A stretch of DNA of 32,386 nt from Dimargaris cristalligena (Eukaryota). Both the position numbers and the translations under genes were made by a program. Shown here one piece after another: positions 1-13,100 of the stretch (positions within the stretch are counted from its first letter, which is position 1; the number at the start of each line of letters is the position of its first letter). The notes under the pieces were generated by a model, which worked only from the letters and a program-made list of their open reading frames with translations, ran no database searches and had not been told where the DNA came from. The stretch is taken from assembly GCA_003614675.1 (NCBI GenBank), contig ML002423.1:1-32386 (forward strand), in the 5' to 3' direction.

Positions 1-2905
1 CAAGTCTCCTTAGCTAATATTAGTGGCAATGGATGGGTGGATAATATAGGGGGGGAAGGTTATGTCCGTCCCCCAAAGGTCACATGACCTGAATATAATA
101 GCCGACCTATATGGATATTACCCTATATAGTCGGGTTGAACTTCACCCATATAAAGTAGGTCTCTGGAGAACTGGCGCCTTCAATGGAAGGCACTACTCG
201 GAAACCTTAGCATAGTAACATCAGCCAGACTCCTACTCTAGACTTGCAAGTAGTCTGACGTACCCTTCCTTTTAGAATATTAGTTAAGATTAAAGGGACT
301 AGTTTAAGGTTTGCTTGGGGGCCGAGTTGGGGGATATAAAGGTGCTGGACTGCATAGCGGGGTGGAGTATTAGACATGTACAAAATTATGATAACCAGAA
401 GAAAATGCCTTTCTCGTTTTTGGCCCGACCCATCAGGATAATCCATGTAAACTTCTAGAAAGGTCAACAATATATCTAATAAATTCGGTTAGAATTAGCC
501 ACTTCGTACTGCACTATGCACTCTTGGCTTAAACAGGCTGAACTAATTCCACTCAATCCGAAGTCTCCAGAGCTGGAAAGACTGTATAACGATGAGCTAG
601 AACATAGAAAACCTCTATACCCATACATTTGACAGCTGTGAAAGTTGGCCAAACAGCGTGTGGTATTAACTATATGATTATCCTATAGCCGATCATGAAT
701 ATAGCTAACACTGTCAACCCTACCTGCATAGTTATATAATAAAAACCCCGGTATGATAAATTTTCTATCGCTGAGACACCGCTCTCGCGCAGTTTAGCTT
801 GAAAATATTCTGTCATATAGCTATTTCTCGATTATCCATCGACGATGCGGTATAAGGCGAATGTCCAAATGTACACCCTTTATTCGCTTTGGGCGCACAC
901 TGCTACTTGGGAAAACTCAATATAGCCTTAATCGCCAAAACCTTGCCATGAGCATAAGACAAAATAGCTGTGTATGTCGGATATACGAGCACGGCCAATC
1001 GATCGCTGTCCTAATTATATGGCACCAGTCTAGAGACTGATTCGCTCTCTAATGAAACATGAGCACAGTAAGAAATCGGCTTTTTTTTTTCAATCGATGT
1101 TTAGTGTAAAATTCCAATGTAAACGATCACTGTTTTTTAAGAGCCCACTATGGTCGATTAGTGAATCTGTAAATCCATTTCGATGACCTTCTCCCCTCCC
1201 TACCAGCCTATTCCTCAATATAATATTGAAGCCAATGGTGCTAGATACATCCCTCCAGTGTGGAAGAGGATACCTCATTAGTAGACAACCCTTCCCTCTC
1301 TCTGTTCGCTTTTGAAATGCCCTTTACACTCAAGTCGGGAGAAACCCGTTATAGTAGTGGCAGCGAACACAAATACATCCCCTTTCGAAACATCCTACGT
1401 GTACACTGCAGAAAGAAGCACGTCAGTGGAACCATTTAATAAATTTATAATGGGCTTAAATGGCATATATCACTCCTCGTGACAGGTTTATGTAGCCAAT
1501 TCTACTCTACCAGCAGCCCCACACTGACATATAAGGCATAATATATAGCTGCGGAGCGTGCACATTAAACCCAGGACAGTCGGGGCGAAAGCTCTTCAAT
1601 TGGCCTTGCATATAGTAGAGGGCAGGGCCCGGGATGACTCTCCCTTAAAGCATAGATATGCGTTAGTGGGTACAAAAAATGGGGACCCCCAAAGTGTTAC
1701 ATAGTCCCCAACTTGCGAGACGACAGGGGGGTATACACCAATGATTGGCCTTTGGCTTAGTATTACCATGACCTTTATTTTATGGCCATCGCCAGCTTGG
1801 CTATTCAAATAATTCGAACGTCACACTAACAGCTTGGTATGACTCGTTTTCGTTACACCTCCCCATACGAGACCCACTATTGTTTAACATATACACCCAC
1901 TCACTAGGCCCAGTATCTACTCATAGCATTACAGGCGCCACGCGGCTGCGTTATACACGGGCCACACCATTTTGTCATTAACATTTTCACTTGAGTAGGT
2001 GTATTTGGCGTCGACATTTTCGACTCCCCCCCTTGACCGAACTAGTATATGTGCATAAATTGGGGATATGTTATTTGAACATGGGTGCGCCCTCTGTTAG
2101 GCGCCGCCACCCTACCATAACCCTTCCCCATCGCACACTATTTGCCGATTTAGTATCCAAACCATCACCTCGGTCCATTAATCGAAGGATCCCAGACTGG
2201 CCTGGGGCCCCTCGTCGATGAGCCGCTAGCGGCTAATCTCAAGGCCGACTTCCTTTGCAGAAAGCAGGGGTATGTATAATTGCCACTATTTTGGTGGTTT
2301 TTGTTTAATGGAATAGTTGTGATTATATCTGAGACGAACTCATCGTAAACACGGGATATCGCCATTGGAGCAGTATAATTAGTACATTCTGGTTGTTCTA
2401 TACTGGGACGAAATAGCTTCGCTGTCCTCTATTGATTGGTAGTAGTAGGGGGCGTCTTTGTATCCGATACCCACCCCAATTTATCGACGGAGTGCAAAAG
2501 CAGAGTACATGTAGGTAGCAACCAATATTGAAACGTAGTTTTAACTATAGCGAACTGTGGGACTACTCCCTCCAAACCGTATCTTCAAGGGTAATTGATT
2601 AAGGCCCGCAGGTAAACAGCTATCGTGCATAACGTAGATATTTGAATACATGGAGTTAATTGAGTATTACCAACAAGTCCACTCGCTCAGCTCTACTAGA
2701 CCACCGAGGTATGCCATATTCTTCAAATAGACCTCGATCTTTCGAAAATAAGTTTTAGGGTAGGTTTATTTTGACAATTAAGTGATATTCACAGTCACCA
2801 ACATGAAAGTAGTAAGAGTAATAATAATAATACAGGTCCGAGAGTAGTTTTTGGAAGGGAGCGAAGGTAGCCGAAATAAATAAAATGCAGGGCATTTCTA
2901 GAATA

Positions 2906-4456
2906 CTAGTTGAGGAGATTAGCAATACGAAGAACCGAAACATTGTCTGTCGGGGGAGAGGGGATAGGGGATAAATTTTGGTCTGAAGTCGTGACCAATG
3001 GAGTGGATGGGATAGGGGGGTCATCCGTTTGGGTAGCAATAGTACACATAATCGGGGCCCAGGTAGGACTGGGTACATGGGGGGTGGCGGCGGCGACGAC
3101 GAAGTCCATCGCTGTAGACTCGGCTGAGGCCTCTGCTAAGAGGCGGAATTTAGGTTCAATTTCATCATGCCCCGTAGTGGGGGGTTGGCTAACAGGGCGA
3201 CGGAGACTAACAGGTTTGGGTGTGGTTTTGCCGAAGATGGACTCAGGGCCGTCCAGGCTTCCCTTCCGAGTCGGCTCGCCCTTGGGGGGCGAAATGCTCC
3301 TGGAGTATTCCGTCCGATGAGCGTGGATAAGGAACTCATCTGACCGCCTGTCGGTGTCCCGGGGGGTGTTGAGTCGGGCAGGTAGTTGGGCAGGCGAGAC
3401 AGAGACGGACCCGGCCGCCGACCGCTGGGCGGACGGCGGGGCGAGTTGGGGCAAGGGTGTGCGCATAGCCCGCTCGACGCCCTCCCGCATAGCGGCGTCC
3501 ATTAGGTTCATGTCGATGGACCAGTAGCCCCCTTTACCCCGACTAACACTACTTGGTGCTCCGTCAGCCTCGGTCCGGGCGGTCTTGATAAAGCACTTGT
3601 TGAGGGAGAGGTTGTGGCGGATAGTGTTCTGCCAACCGGTATCACTCGAGTAGCTAAGGTAGGGGTGGTTTTCGGATATCCACTGGTACACCTCACGCAG
3701 GGTGAGTCGTTTTTCGGGCGCCATTATTATGGCCTGGGCGATGAGGGCTGAATAGGACACCGGAGGCCGGCGACGCTTACGAGCCGGTTTTCGTACCGTG
3801 TCTGGGGACAAAGTAATGAAGGACTGGTCGGAAGCGGCATTTTGGGTCGACGCTGGGGGGGTGGTGGGTAGAAGGGGTATTCCGGGTGACGAGCGACTGC
3901 TGGTATTATCCGTGGTCCGCGGAAACTGGTAGTGAATGGGCGAATTCCCTCCAAAATGGCGGGTCGGTGCGGGGACGGACTCTAGGAGCAGCGGAGGAGT
4001 ATTGGACCGGTCAGTGTAAGTCTGGATATAATATGGGTGACTCGTTTGGACAGTGTGGGAGTACAGCCGGTGGTCTGAGTGAGCACCTGCAATATAAGTG
4101 GAGCGGGGACGTGCATTATAGGGGTGGGGAGACGGCCTGGCCGAACTTTGAAGCAGGACGTCCGCTGACGGCAAAGACGGTAGGGAAGTGGCTGCTTGGT
4201 GTGAGGGGGAAAAGCGCTGACCATATGGCTGCAGCTGGCTGCGAACCGCTCCCTGTCTAAGGGGAGGGTAGGAGCGAGGGGGAAGGTGGGACCTAGGTCC
4301 CTGAGGAGGCATATTGAGAGGAGGTAGTTGGGTGGAGGGGCGAGTTTCACAGTGCATACTCATGACTGAAGCAATCCGTTTTAAAGAAGAGGAAGATGTG
4401 GGAGTTGGTGAGGGAACAGTCCGAGAGGATTGTGAGGGATTATTCGAAGGATACAT
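2906..4456 (-). CDS. Forkhead (winged-helix) transcription factor, 516 aa, intronless, no FHA domain visible
   Basis: Canonical forkhead domain at about 3512-3775: [61 protein letters not shown], preceded by a basic NLS-like RKRRR. Flanks are Ser/Pro/Thr-rich and low complexity. Subfamily cannot be assigned by eye. Confidence 0.93.
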   Translation of the reverse strand: MYPSNNPSQSSRTVPSPTPTSSSSLKRIASVMSMHCETRPSTQLPPLNMPPQGPRSHLPPRSYPPLRQGAVRSQLQPYGQRFSPSHQAATSLPSLPSADVLLQSSARPSPHPYNARPRSTYIAGAHSDHRLYSHTVQTSHPYYIQTYTDRSNTPPLLLESVPAPTRHFGGNSPIHYQFPRTTDNTSSRSSPGIPLLPTTPPASTQNAASDQSFITLSPDTVRKPARKRRRPPVSYSALIAQAIIMAPEKRLTLREVYQWISENHPYLSYSSDTGWQNTIRHNLSLNKCFIKTARTEADGAPSSVSRGKGGYWSIDMNLMDAAMREGVERAMRTPLPQLAPPSAQRSAAGSVSVSPAQLPARLNTPRDTDRRSDEFLIHAHRTEYSRSISPPKGEPTRKGSLDGPESIFGKTTPKPVSLRRPVSQPPTTGHDEIEPKFRLLAEASAESTAMDFVVAAATPHVPSPTWAPIMCTIATQTDDPPIPSTPLVTTSDQNLSPIPSPPTDNVSVLRIANLLN

Positions 4457-4582
4457 GAAGACGGGGCTAATACATAGAGACAGGAAATCTAATGAATTAA
4501 GTAAAGTTATAAATGAAATAATGGTGTGGAGGACGGTGGAAATATAGTGGATAAAAAAGAAGAAGGGGAGGAAAGGCCAGCC

Positions 4583-4589
4583 TTTTATA
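4583..4589 (-). promoter_or_regulatory. Probable TATA box of the forkhead gene
   Basis: Minus strand reads GATATAAAAGG about 127 bp upstream of the ATG, followed by a pyrimidine-rich tract (CTTTCCTCCCCTTCTTCTTTTTT), a typical fungal core promoter layout. Confidence 0.55.
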
Positions 4590-7328
4590 TCGGGGAGGGA
4601 ACCGGACTAGTAAAAAACCTTAAGCGCGCGGCAAATGAAAGGAAAATATTCAATAAAAGATCTTACCGAATAGGCGATTAGTTCACAAATACGAAGAATC
4701 GAAAAAGGGTGTGGAATAAAAAGAGGGGTGAAATGGAAAGGGGGAGGGGGGTAATCCGAAGGGAGTAACACAGGAAGGTGGGGAAAAGAAAGTGGGGTCA
4801 TTCAAATACGATAATCCAGTTGAGGTAAGGAGGGTGGTCGGGAAAGGGGGGTGTACGTTTGGGGACACTGCTAGTATGTGTGAAGAGGGGGGGGGTAGAG
4901 CAGCCTAAAAGGGATGCGGTAAAGCGATAGGGATTATCCGATTGCTGCCCAGATTATTAGGCGGGTAGTAAATGAAACGCAGAACGGAGGATGAGGTATG
5001 GTTACAACAAAGTAATGTGAATAATCGAACAATGAACCGATTATCGGTCGGTCGCGACGAGTTAAATGCTAAAGAGATACGAGGGATTCGGAAACAAGGA
5101 TACAATCGGTCCAGTTGATCCAATAGTAATTCAAATGGAAGACTAAAAAGCCCGTTAGTTAAAAGGCTATTTCAAAATGAACCCCCCCCCAGAGCCGATA
5201 GAGTAGATATGGGCTAGACGCTGGGTAGTGGCCATAAGTGATATTGTATTGTACGTGGCATTAAATAATATTTTCACGAAAAACGTACCTCGATAAAAAC
5301 TGGAGCGATGCAGCGCAAGAATGTGATTATCACCCAGCAACTGACGTTGGATATTTGAGTTAGATACACGTTTTCCTATATACATGTAAGTTTGGTAGTA
5401 TAGTATTGCTAGTATGGGTCAATAAGGGGGTCGACTCTAAGGACTAAAAATCCCCGTGGTAGCCCCGTCTTGCCATGAAACTGGCCCTCTTATCCGCAAT
5501 TTGTGACCATTCGGCATATGAACAAGGAGTACATGGAAATGCAGTAGGTCCCCTATTCCTTATAGTTAATCGGCAGAGCAATACAATGCCCGTGACTTAC
5601 CTATTCAGATTGACTGTAAATCTTACAAGCGGAGTTGGTATAACCAGGCTCAATCGCTGACTGGGAATAAGCGAATTAAACCCTCACGGACGCTTGGTCG
5701 GGCCAAATAGTGATAGCGGTCTAGCTGGCTGTAAACACGGCCACGGCCAAATATTGAGAGATACAACCTTGGGGAAAAGAGGGTTCGGCGTGAATAGTTA
5801 CCGTCTAATATATAGGGTTGGATTGCGGTTGAATTAGGGATACCGCCGGATAGTGTCCGGACGTAAGCGGAAACTAAAGGGGGGAAGCAAAGGCGGAAGG
5901 TGTGTAACCAAATCGGAATAGGTGGTCGAGTTGGAGAACACGGTGCACTTTTTAGACTTAGTGGTAGCACGAGCGCACAGTATAAATAATGAGCTAAAAG
6001 GGAGGAGATATGTAGGTAACGACATCCACAGTGGTATCGCATCAACTCTATATACCTATAGGCGGTTATGTAGACTTGACCAAGTCTAAAGGGGGAGCCT
6101 GGCAGGTGATCGGTTCGGCTCAGTGACAATTGCTGATTCAAGCTGACTCGTTTCCCAGATACGAAAAAAGGGGGGGGGGTGAGATTAATAGGTCGAAGGA
6201 AACTACGGCGAAGGAGGCTATAAAACGAGGGTAAATCGTTCGTGAGGATGTGTTGGTGACTAGGTTGTGAACTGGAAATACCTCCGTCAGGGTCGGGATA
6301 TTTATACGATTCCCCCATGCACCAATTTAGCTGGTTATTTTCACCTGAAACGAGCAGTGATTAGAATTGGGGCCGCCTGGGCTGGTCAGGCTAGGAATGG
6401 TGATGGCATATGCATCCCACTGTATACTGATGCGGTGTCAATCCACCTAACAAGGCGGTTATTTAGAGAGTCACGCTGGACTGAAGGCCCACTCGACGCT
6501 ATGCGGAAGAGTGGGTGGAAAAAGACGAGAATAAGGGGTGTGTGATTCAAGTGCATACGCCAGGCAGTTGGGGCTGGCCGTTAGCAAATTAGGGCGGGGG
6601 GGGGGAAATGAGGTTAGTGCGAATAAGAAATACACAGCCCTTCGATAAATATAGTCCTCCTCCACAACAAATAGACGGTTCCAAAAGTGGGTAACTTGAT
6701 AAATGGGAAAAATCAGTCCCACCAATTTGGCCCAAATACGCTCCCTCCAGCCCCCCCTCCTTCCACCGGTCACGCTTGTGTAGAATGAATAGGCTACCAG
6801 GCCCAGCATGCCGATGGGTACTATGAGGCTACCCACGTCAAACACGTTTAAACTTCTCCCAACTCCTAAACATCCTTCCCGAAGTCGCCGGGAACCCACA
6901 CACTCGGGTTTTCATAGGGGAGTGTTATTCGGCCCGCCGGTGTAACTTCTCCCTCCCTCCCTCCCCGTACTAACCACCGCCATACTGATAACGCCAGCCC
7001 TCCCACCCGCCCATTTGTTTGTGCACACTGCTTACCGGTTCGCTGTAGCAGCCCCAAGCACCCCGGAAAAAAGCTGGGAGGCGGCTATCCACCTTCCCTT
7101 CTTGAGCCCCCCCCCCTGCGGTCGTACAACGAACCTACACCACACTGGATTATAGCGCCTCCATTAGCTACATTACCTCCAATTGGAGTTGGTCCTACAC
7201 CAACTTCCACATCAGTGGCCCCAGCAGTACCTCCCCTTTGCAATAAATTCACACTGTCTCACGCATGTCGACGGATTGTGAAGTTACCAATCAAATGAAT
7301 GTCGGAATACTCATCGCCTGGCCCCCAA

Positions 7329-7346
7329 GGGAAGGGGAGGGGAGGG
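7329..7346 (+). other. G-quadruplex-forming motif GGG-AA-GGGG-A-GGGG-A-GGG
   Basis: Four G-runs of 3 or more with 1-2 nt loops; matches the canonical G4 pattern. Folding in vivo is not shown. Confidence 0.5.
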
Positions 7347-10097
7347 AGATACGGACCCAAGTAAAGTAAGGCGGAGTCCCCGGGAGAATTGGGGAACAGG
7401 CTAGGCCATGGCCATGGAGTCGCTTCCCTTCTGTTTGCATTCACGCATTAGGCACACCCCTATATCCCGCCGAAAGGGGGAAATTCGCCGCTATTTCTAT
7501 CCAATCGTCCCTCTGGACCTAAAAATGCCGATGATATCAATCCATTAAAAGTAAAGGGCGTCCCGCAGGCTACATCCCATCCAGCGGTTCAGCTTTATCG
7601 GGGATTCGTGTCGCTTGCAGCGTACATGTTGTTTGGGTAAGTAATGCCAACCTGGTGGAATGTAAGAGACTAAGGTGGGTAAGTGGTATTTTGCACGCAC
7701 ACTCTTATTCCCAACCTGGAGGTGAGTGTCGGCCAGGGGAAACAAGGGGGGGGAGGTGGGGGTTTTTACTAGCGTGGCTTGCTGCTAAAAACCTGGAATT
7801 TAACCATCCTTGAACATGAGGTAGTAGTAAAAAGGAAAGGGTTATTGTGGGTGATGTTGACGCAGCCAGGCGGATATTAAAGGCACCTCTACTGCGCATT
7901 TTAAACGACGCATACCCACTTTGGATATTATCTTTTTTTGGCGTTTCCCAGGTCATATGGAACCAGCCCAATATTGTATTAGTACATTAACGTGGGTCGC
8001 CTTCGGTGCTTAATTTAGGGTGTCCGCTTCGATAGGAAAAAAAGAAGGCCCAAAATTAATCCAATGACGGTGCGCCTAGAGGTGCAGAGGGGGAAGGGGG
8101 ATGGTCGTGTCACGATGGAGGCAGTGGAAGTCCTTTTCCTGTTTCAAATGGACCACAGTATGACAACCACCATACAGTTATGGCTCAATTATTGATGGGC
8201 GGAAGCAGCCCAGGAACGGCTGAGCAGTAGTTTCCCAGTTGAGGGCCTGCTACCCTGATGGATGTCTTGGAAAAACAAAAGCTGCGCAATGAATAATGAG
8301 AAGCGTGCGTGGTCTTGGTGTCAAGGATGTATTATTTTGTATTACAGTCTAATCTTGATGTCGGTATGGATATAATAGGACACATTTAACCATTAAATCA
8401 ACCTTATTTCCGATGCGGTGGGAAAATGAACTGGTGGCTCGGCTGGTAGCCTGGGTCAGTTCCCAAAGAATATAAATATAATATAGTCTAATCAACTGGT
8501 GAAGGCCGCTATCCTTTGCCATATTCCAGACCCGATGTTGAGTAGAATCTCCCAGAAGGAAACGAGATCTTACGTGGACAAAATGGGCGAGCCAGTTTCT
8601 TCCGCCAGCCAATTTCTGCTAGCTTAATGTTAATGCGGGTTAGGCATGACTAATGGCAGACATCAAGGGGCGTCGGATGTGATTAGGGGCAAATAGACCG
8701 TTGTAATAATGGACATAACAAGCAAATAGTAATATCAGTATGTACTCCACAATTCGCCTAGAGCTGTCAACAGGGCTGCTACTCATCCTTCAGCTCTATA
8801 CTAAACTAACCGAAGGCTGAGTGACATACCACTAGGGGCATATTAACTTTTTACACTCACTGAATAGTATTGTCCTATTAGGGGCACTGCGTCGCCTTTG
8901 AAACTGGCGGAGTTTAATCGGTATCTTTGAACGGGGCATAGGTTCGACATCGCCTTTATACCGGCACATACAGAAGATATTCACCCTTGGGAAAGGACCA
9001 GGTATTGGCATCATTGTTGCTGAGCTATAGTATGGGTAAACTGCCCGCATACCCACATTGTTCATCGACCTATCCACGTTTACCCATGATTTAAATAATT
9101 AAAATTCACACCTGCTATAGGGCGGTGAAAAGACTCAATGACGATGGTCAGTCGGGATGGCCATTGAGGTCGGCAACATGCTAGCCATACTGGATTCCAC
9201 CCGACTCTCGTGTTGAAAGCCGCTTTGGGTGATGGCGGTGTGGAATGGGCGGCTACTATCACCGTCTCAACTCTCCCACGACTGACCAGGCGGCCATTTT
9301 CTGGGGAGTTGGGCGATGCCACGTAAGTATTAAGCGGCGGTCTGGCGTGCCATAGCAAACCGTGGGTCTGTTTGGAAGTCGGACCTGCACGACGACGGCG
9401 CCACTCAAGGCTGTATGACTGTAGACGACCACACTTACCTTTCTTCTCTTTGGACTGGCCATTGGACGGTCTCAAGGATAAACGTTTCTTCTATTGCAGC
9501 CCACTCTGTTTTTTTTTACATCACTGGCGCATTTCATCTGCACGTTTTACTGGGGGTAAACTATTGAAACACCCTAAAGGGAAATGGGTAAACAGGGGGC
9601 TGTTTAGAAATATCGGCAAGCCCCCTGGATAGCAAATGAGGTCAGAAAGGCGAGAATCCCCATTGTCGGGTCATTAACGGTATCGCTTGAGCAAATTAGT
9701 CCAGCGTCTTTGTTCGGTTGATAGCGTTTAAGGACGAAACTATGGAATATTTTGCATGAATGTGTTGTACGCAGTGGAAGCGATATGTAGCCTAGTTAGC
9801 ACGGGGTGTGGTTTAATGTACGCCGAAGTTGTCCTGGCAATCCCTGCTGAATTTCCGACCATTAGAGAACTCGGGGTTTTCAGGGGAGGGGTCTTGTACC
9901 AATAATGAGGCCGTGGGTGATGGATTAGAAAATGGGTATAGTGCTCTTTGTTACCGAAATGGTGAGTAAACCGGTTCTTTACCCACCCTTTCCGCTCGCA
10001 GGCCGACCTCCATTTTCGACTGTACAATTTGTTTAGAGAATGACGCCCCTCCTCCACTCACTTTCGAACCATCCAGATTAAGCATTGATCTTTAACA

Positions 10098-10135
10098 GGG
10101 ATGGGGGAAGAAGGGGGTGGAGTAGGGGAGGGGGG
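10098..10135 (+). other. G-quadruplex-forming motif with five G-runs
   Basis: GGG AT GGGGG AAGAA GGGGG TGGAGTA GGGG A GGGGGG. Confidence 0.45.
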
Positions 10136-13100
10136 CCAATTGCAGTAAACCCGCAAAATACCTCGGCTACCATTTCCTTAATAGTCGTCGGGCAGGCACG
10201 GGCATGATTATACTTACCGAATGAGCAAGAAAAGACGAGTAGACTCACTCCTTTTTTCCAATCTCATTTGAAGAGTGAATGGGTCATTCGCTTCCGCCCC
10301 GTTTGGACTTCCACCTGCCTCCTCCGTTAGATATGCCAGTGGGTCTTCCATGTGTAATTCTACTACGTCTATTACATAGGGCATATTTCCTAGGTGGTGT
10401 TTAATGGCAAACACTTGGCTGGAAGAAACTCTCGAGTGAATGGTGACCGACGTCCACATGAAATGGAACCATGTAATAAGTCGCCCAAGTGAACTGAACT
10501 CGGCAACTCATTCGATTTCAATTAGCAAACCAGTTCTGGCTTGCGCCATTGACTTATTGGTGCATGCCGGGACATTGTTTACACCGGTTTAAGAAATAGA
10601 GTACAATGGAATCGGCGGTTACCATCTCCTTGTTGGGACCAAAGAGGCCACTTTTTCCCAACCCCCTTGCTTGTTAGCTAATTTTGGATGTTGGATTTAT
10701 TTATTTTGTGAGAGAAACTATCATCGCCCATTCTATCAGGCTAGGGGTCCCACCCCCCTCCAGATACGCGGTGGCTATAGCGGGATTTGTATGGAACCAA
10801 ATGTACCGGGTAGTATATGGGAGAAGTTCATTCAGGCTGTATAACGAAAAATCCATTGGATGAGGCCAATATTACTGGTTAAAAGCTATTCTCACATATG
10901 TTCGCCCATACACGTATTATGTAAAACCTTATACAGCTGGTTTGAATTTCATCCATATGATATTGTTACTTACAGCAGTAACACATCACGTCAGATTAGG
11001 GCTGAGAAAGTGTTCCGTGGCCATGCACCAGCCCATGAACTTGAAGCACGCCTGAATTCGTTAAATTCTCGTACATGCTACCACACCTCGAATAGAGATG
11101 AGGTAATACACTATGTTCCCGTACGATCTCCCCCTTGATGACTGATATCATCCGTATGAGAGAGTGATTACCATTCTGCTTGTGCTGCCTCAGCCCATAG
11201 ATTTTAATGGCTAAATACTCTGCTCCCCAATCCAAGTGGATGCACATTAAATGGTGATTAGAAAATCCACCACCTGCAACCCCTCCTCTTCGCCCTCCCA
11301 CCCCCGGAATACTGATTCGGTATATTTACCAAATCATATAACGAGTTACTCATATCGGTCTACCCTATCCCCATTATGCGTTTTTTCAACCACGCGACTC
11401 CAAACACTGAATTGAATTAGTGTTTCTTCAACGATTATCCAAGTCGTTCTTGCTACTTAGTTACACGTGGGTGGTGTTTTTAAACTAATATACTGGGGGT
11501 TGATCGGGAAAATCCCCTCACAGGGTGGATATCATTCCAGTTCACCACGCTGCATCCGTGATCCACTGCCAAGCGAACCCGTTCCAACGATCGTTGACCA
11601 TGTATACTACCTTAACGAAGGATCACCCCCTTGACCAAACAGTCAGTGTCGCGAGTGGCCTCTAAAACCGTTGAACCACGAGTGAGGAGCATGTCTAATA
11701 TTTCCTTTCTAACCGTCGTTCCGTCCTATTTTAATTGGTGATGATCACTAAGGTTGGCACCAGCTGGACTATCCGTAGAGTGTAAGGGGCGCTCGAAAAT
11801 AGTAATTTTGACATCACTGGCGCCGGTCAGTGGAGGACTTGAGGGAATAACAAGTAGGCCCCTCGGTTTTGGGGCACTAGTGGTCGCCAGAGTTCATCAC
11901 CGAAACTCCGAGTTGCCCATATGGGAACACTGTCCCGGTTGTTAGACTAATTCAGCTAACCAAGATATAGGTTGAGGCGACGTATTTTAGTATTTATCAC
12001 GCCAACGCCAAAGGTAGAAATCCACCAGTCAACTGGGGCATATACCTTTGATGATGCCCAACAGTGCTGAATGTGAAGGTTTGATCCCATGAAGGCCCGT
12101 TGATATAGGAACGGGGCGGAAGTGCAGCTTAACCCCCTATTCTAAAAGGCTAAATGGCCAATCCCTGATGATGTTCATCCTACCTGGTCAATTGAGTAAC
12201 AAACACTTTGCCAAGGGAACTAAACAATCCCATCCCCAGGAAACCCCGGCCTTTTCCGACACCCCGTCGGGAGGGGTGTCACTCCACCCAATCAGTTGGT
12301 CCCCAAACCCCACCCCCTTTCCTCGAGATATATTCCCGTGGGTTTTCTATAGGAATATGGGTGGACGTGGGATAAACAATTAGAATGAAAACGTGGGGCA
12401 CCTTGGCCATTCTATTTCGACTCCAGCAGGCGGCTGATTTCGTTATAGGACTGAATGTCACGCTCCACCGCCACCCACTTAGAGTGGTGGACAATATTGG
12501 GTATCGTTTAGAGCCATGGTGTCTCGGTTGACGACCAGTATACATCCGACCAAAACGTACCTTCCACTTTGTTAGATGGGTTACTGATATCGGCTCGCCA
12601 ACACTCAGCTTGTCAATACTTTCCTCGCGCCTATTCTCATAACCAACCCAGGGCGGCGAGGATCCACCTCACTCAGAAGTAGTTTTATCAGGATTGTCGG
12701 TTATTGGGACGTATCTGGTGGCGGCTCGCCTAAGGACGGACATGCATGCGTTTCCTGTCCATAGTTTGGTTGACTGTCACTTACTCGGCAGCCGAACTTA
12801 ACCGGTCTTGGATTCAGCGGAATTTTATTACTTTTAGCCAGCGGACCGAAGATAGCGGAAGCCTAAAACCCACGGAACTATTTCTATTGATTGAGATATA
12901 GGGATCGACACATTCATATTACCTTACTGCGCCCCCCCCACAGTGTACTTGCAAACAATAGGTGGTTTTATTTTTTTAAAAAAATTATAAACTTCATTGG
13001 TATAGGAATATACAATGGTCGGCTTCCACCAAAGGGTGAGGTATCTTACCTGTAGCGTGAGGATCTTGTTCCAGCCTGTACCCTTCAAATGCTTAGGCCA

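Noticed and set aside
517..633. Short + strand ORF MHSWLKQAELIPLNPKSPELERLYNDELEHRKPLYPYI
   Set aside because: Only 38 codons, no recognisable motif and no supportable upstream exon.
2906..4456. Forkhead gene as FHL1, the regulator of the neighbouring RiBi cluster
   Set aside because: Fhl1 and Fkh1/2 carry an FHA domain that is not seen here; the gene is over 15 kb from the cluster and nothing in the sequence links them.
10210..10218. ATACTTACC, resembling the U1 snRNA 5' end
   Set aside because: The following sequence does not match U1; it is simply a reversed splice-donor-like word.
12050..12169. Possible box C/D snoRNA (TGATGA...CTGA...CTGA)
   Set aside because: No terminal stem, and at best about 8 nt of recalled rRNA complementarity; too weak without a snoscan or Infernal run.
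12258..12280. 8-bp GC-rich hairpin GACACCCC-N7-GGGGTGTC
   Set aside because: Isolated stem at a frequency expected by chance in 13 kb; no Helitron-type CTRR end or other context.
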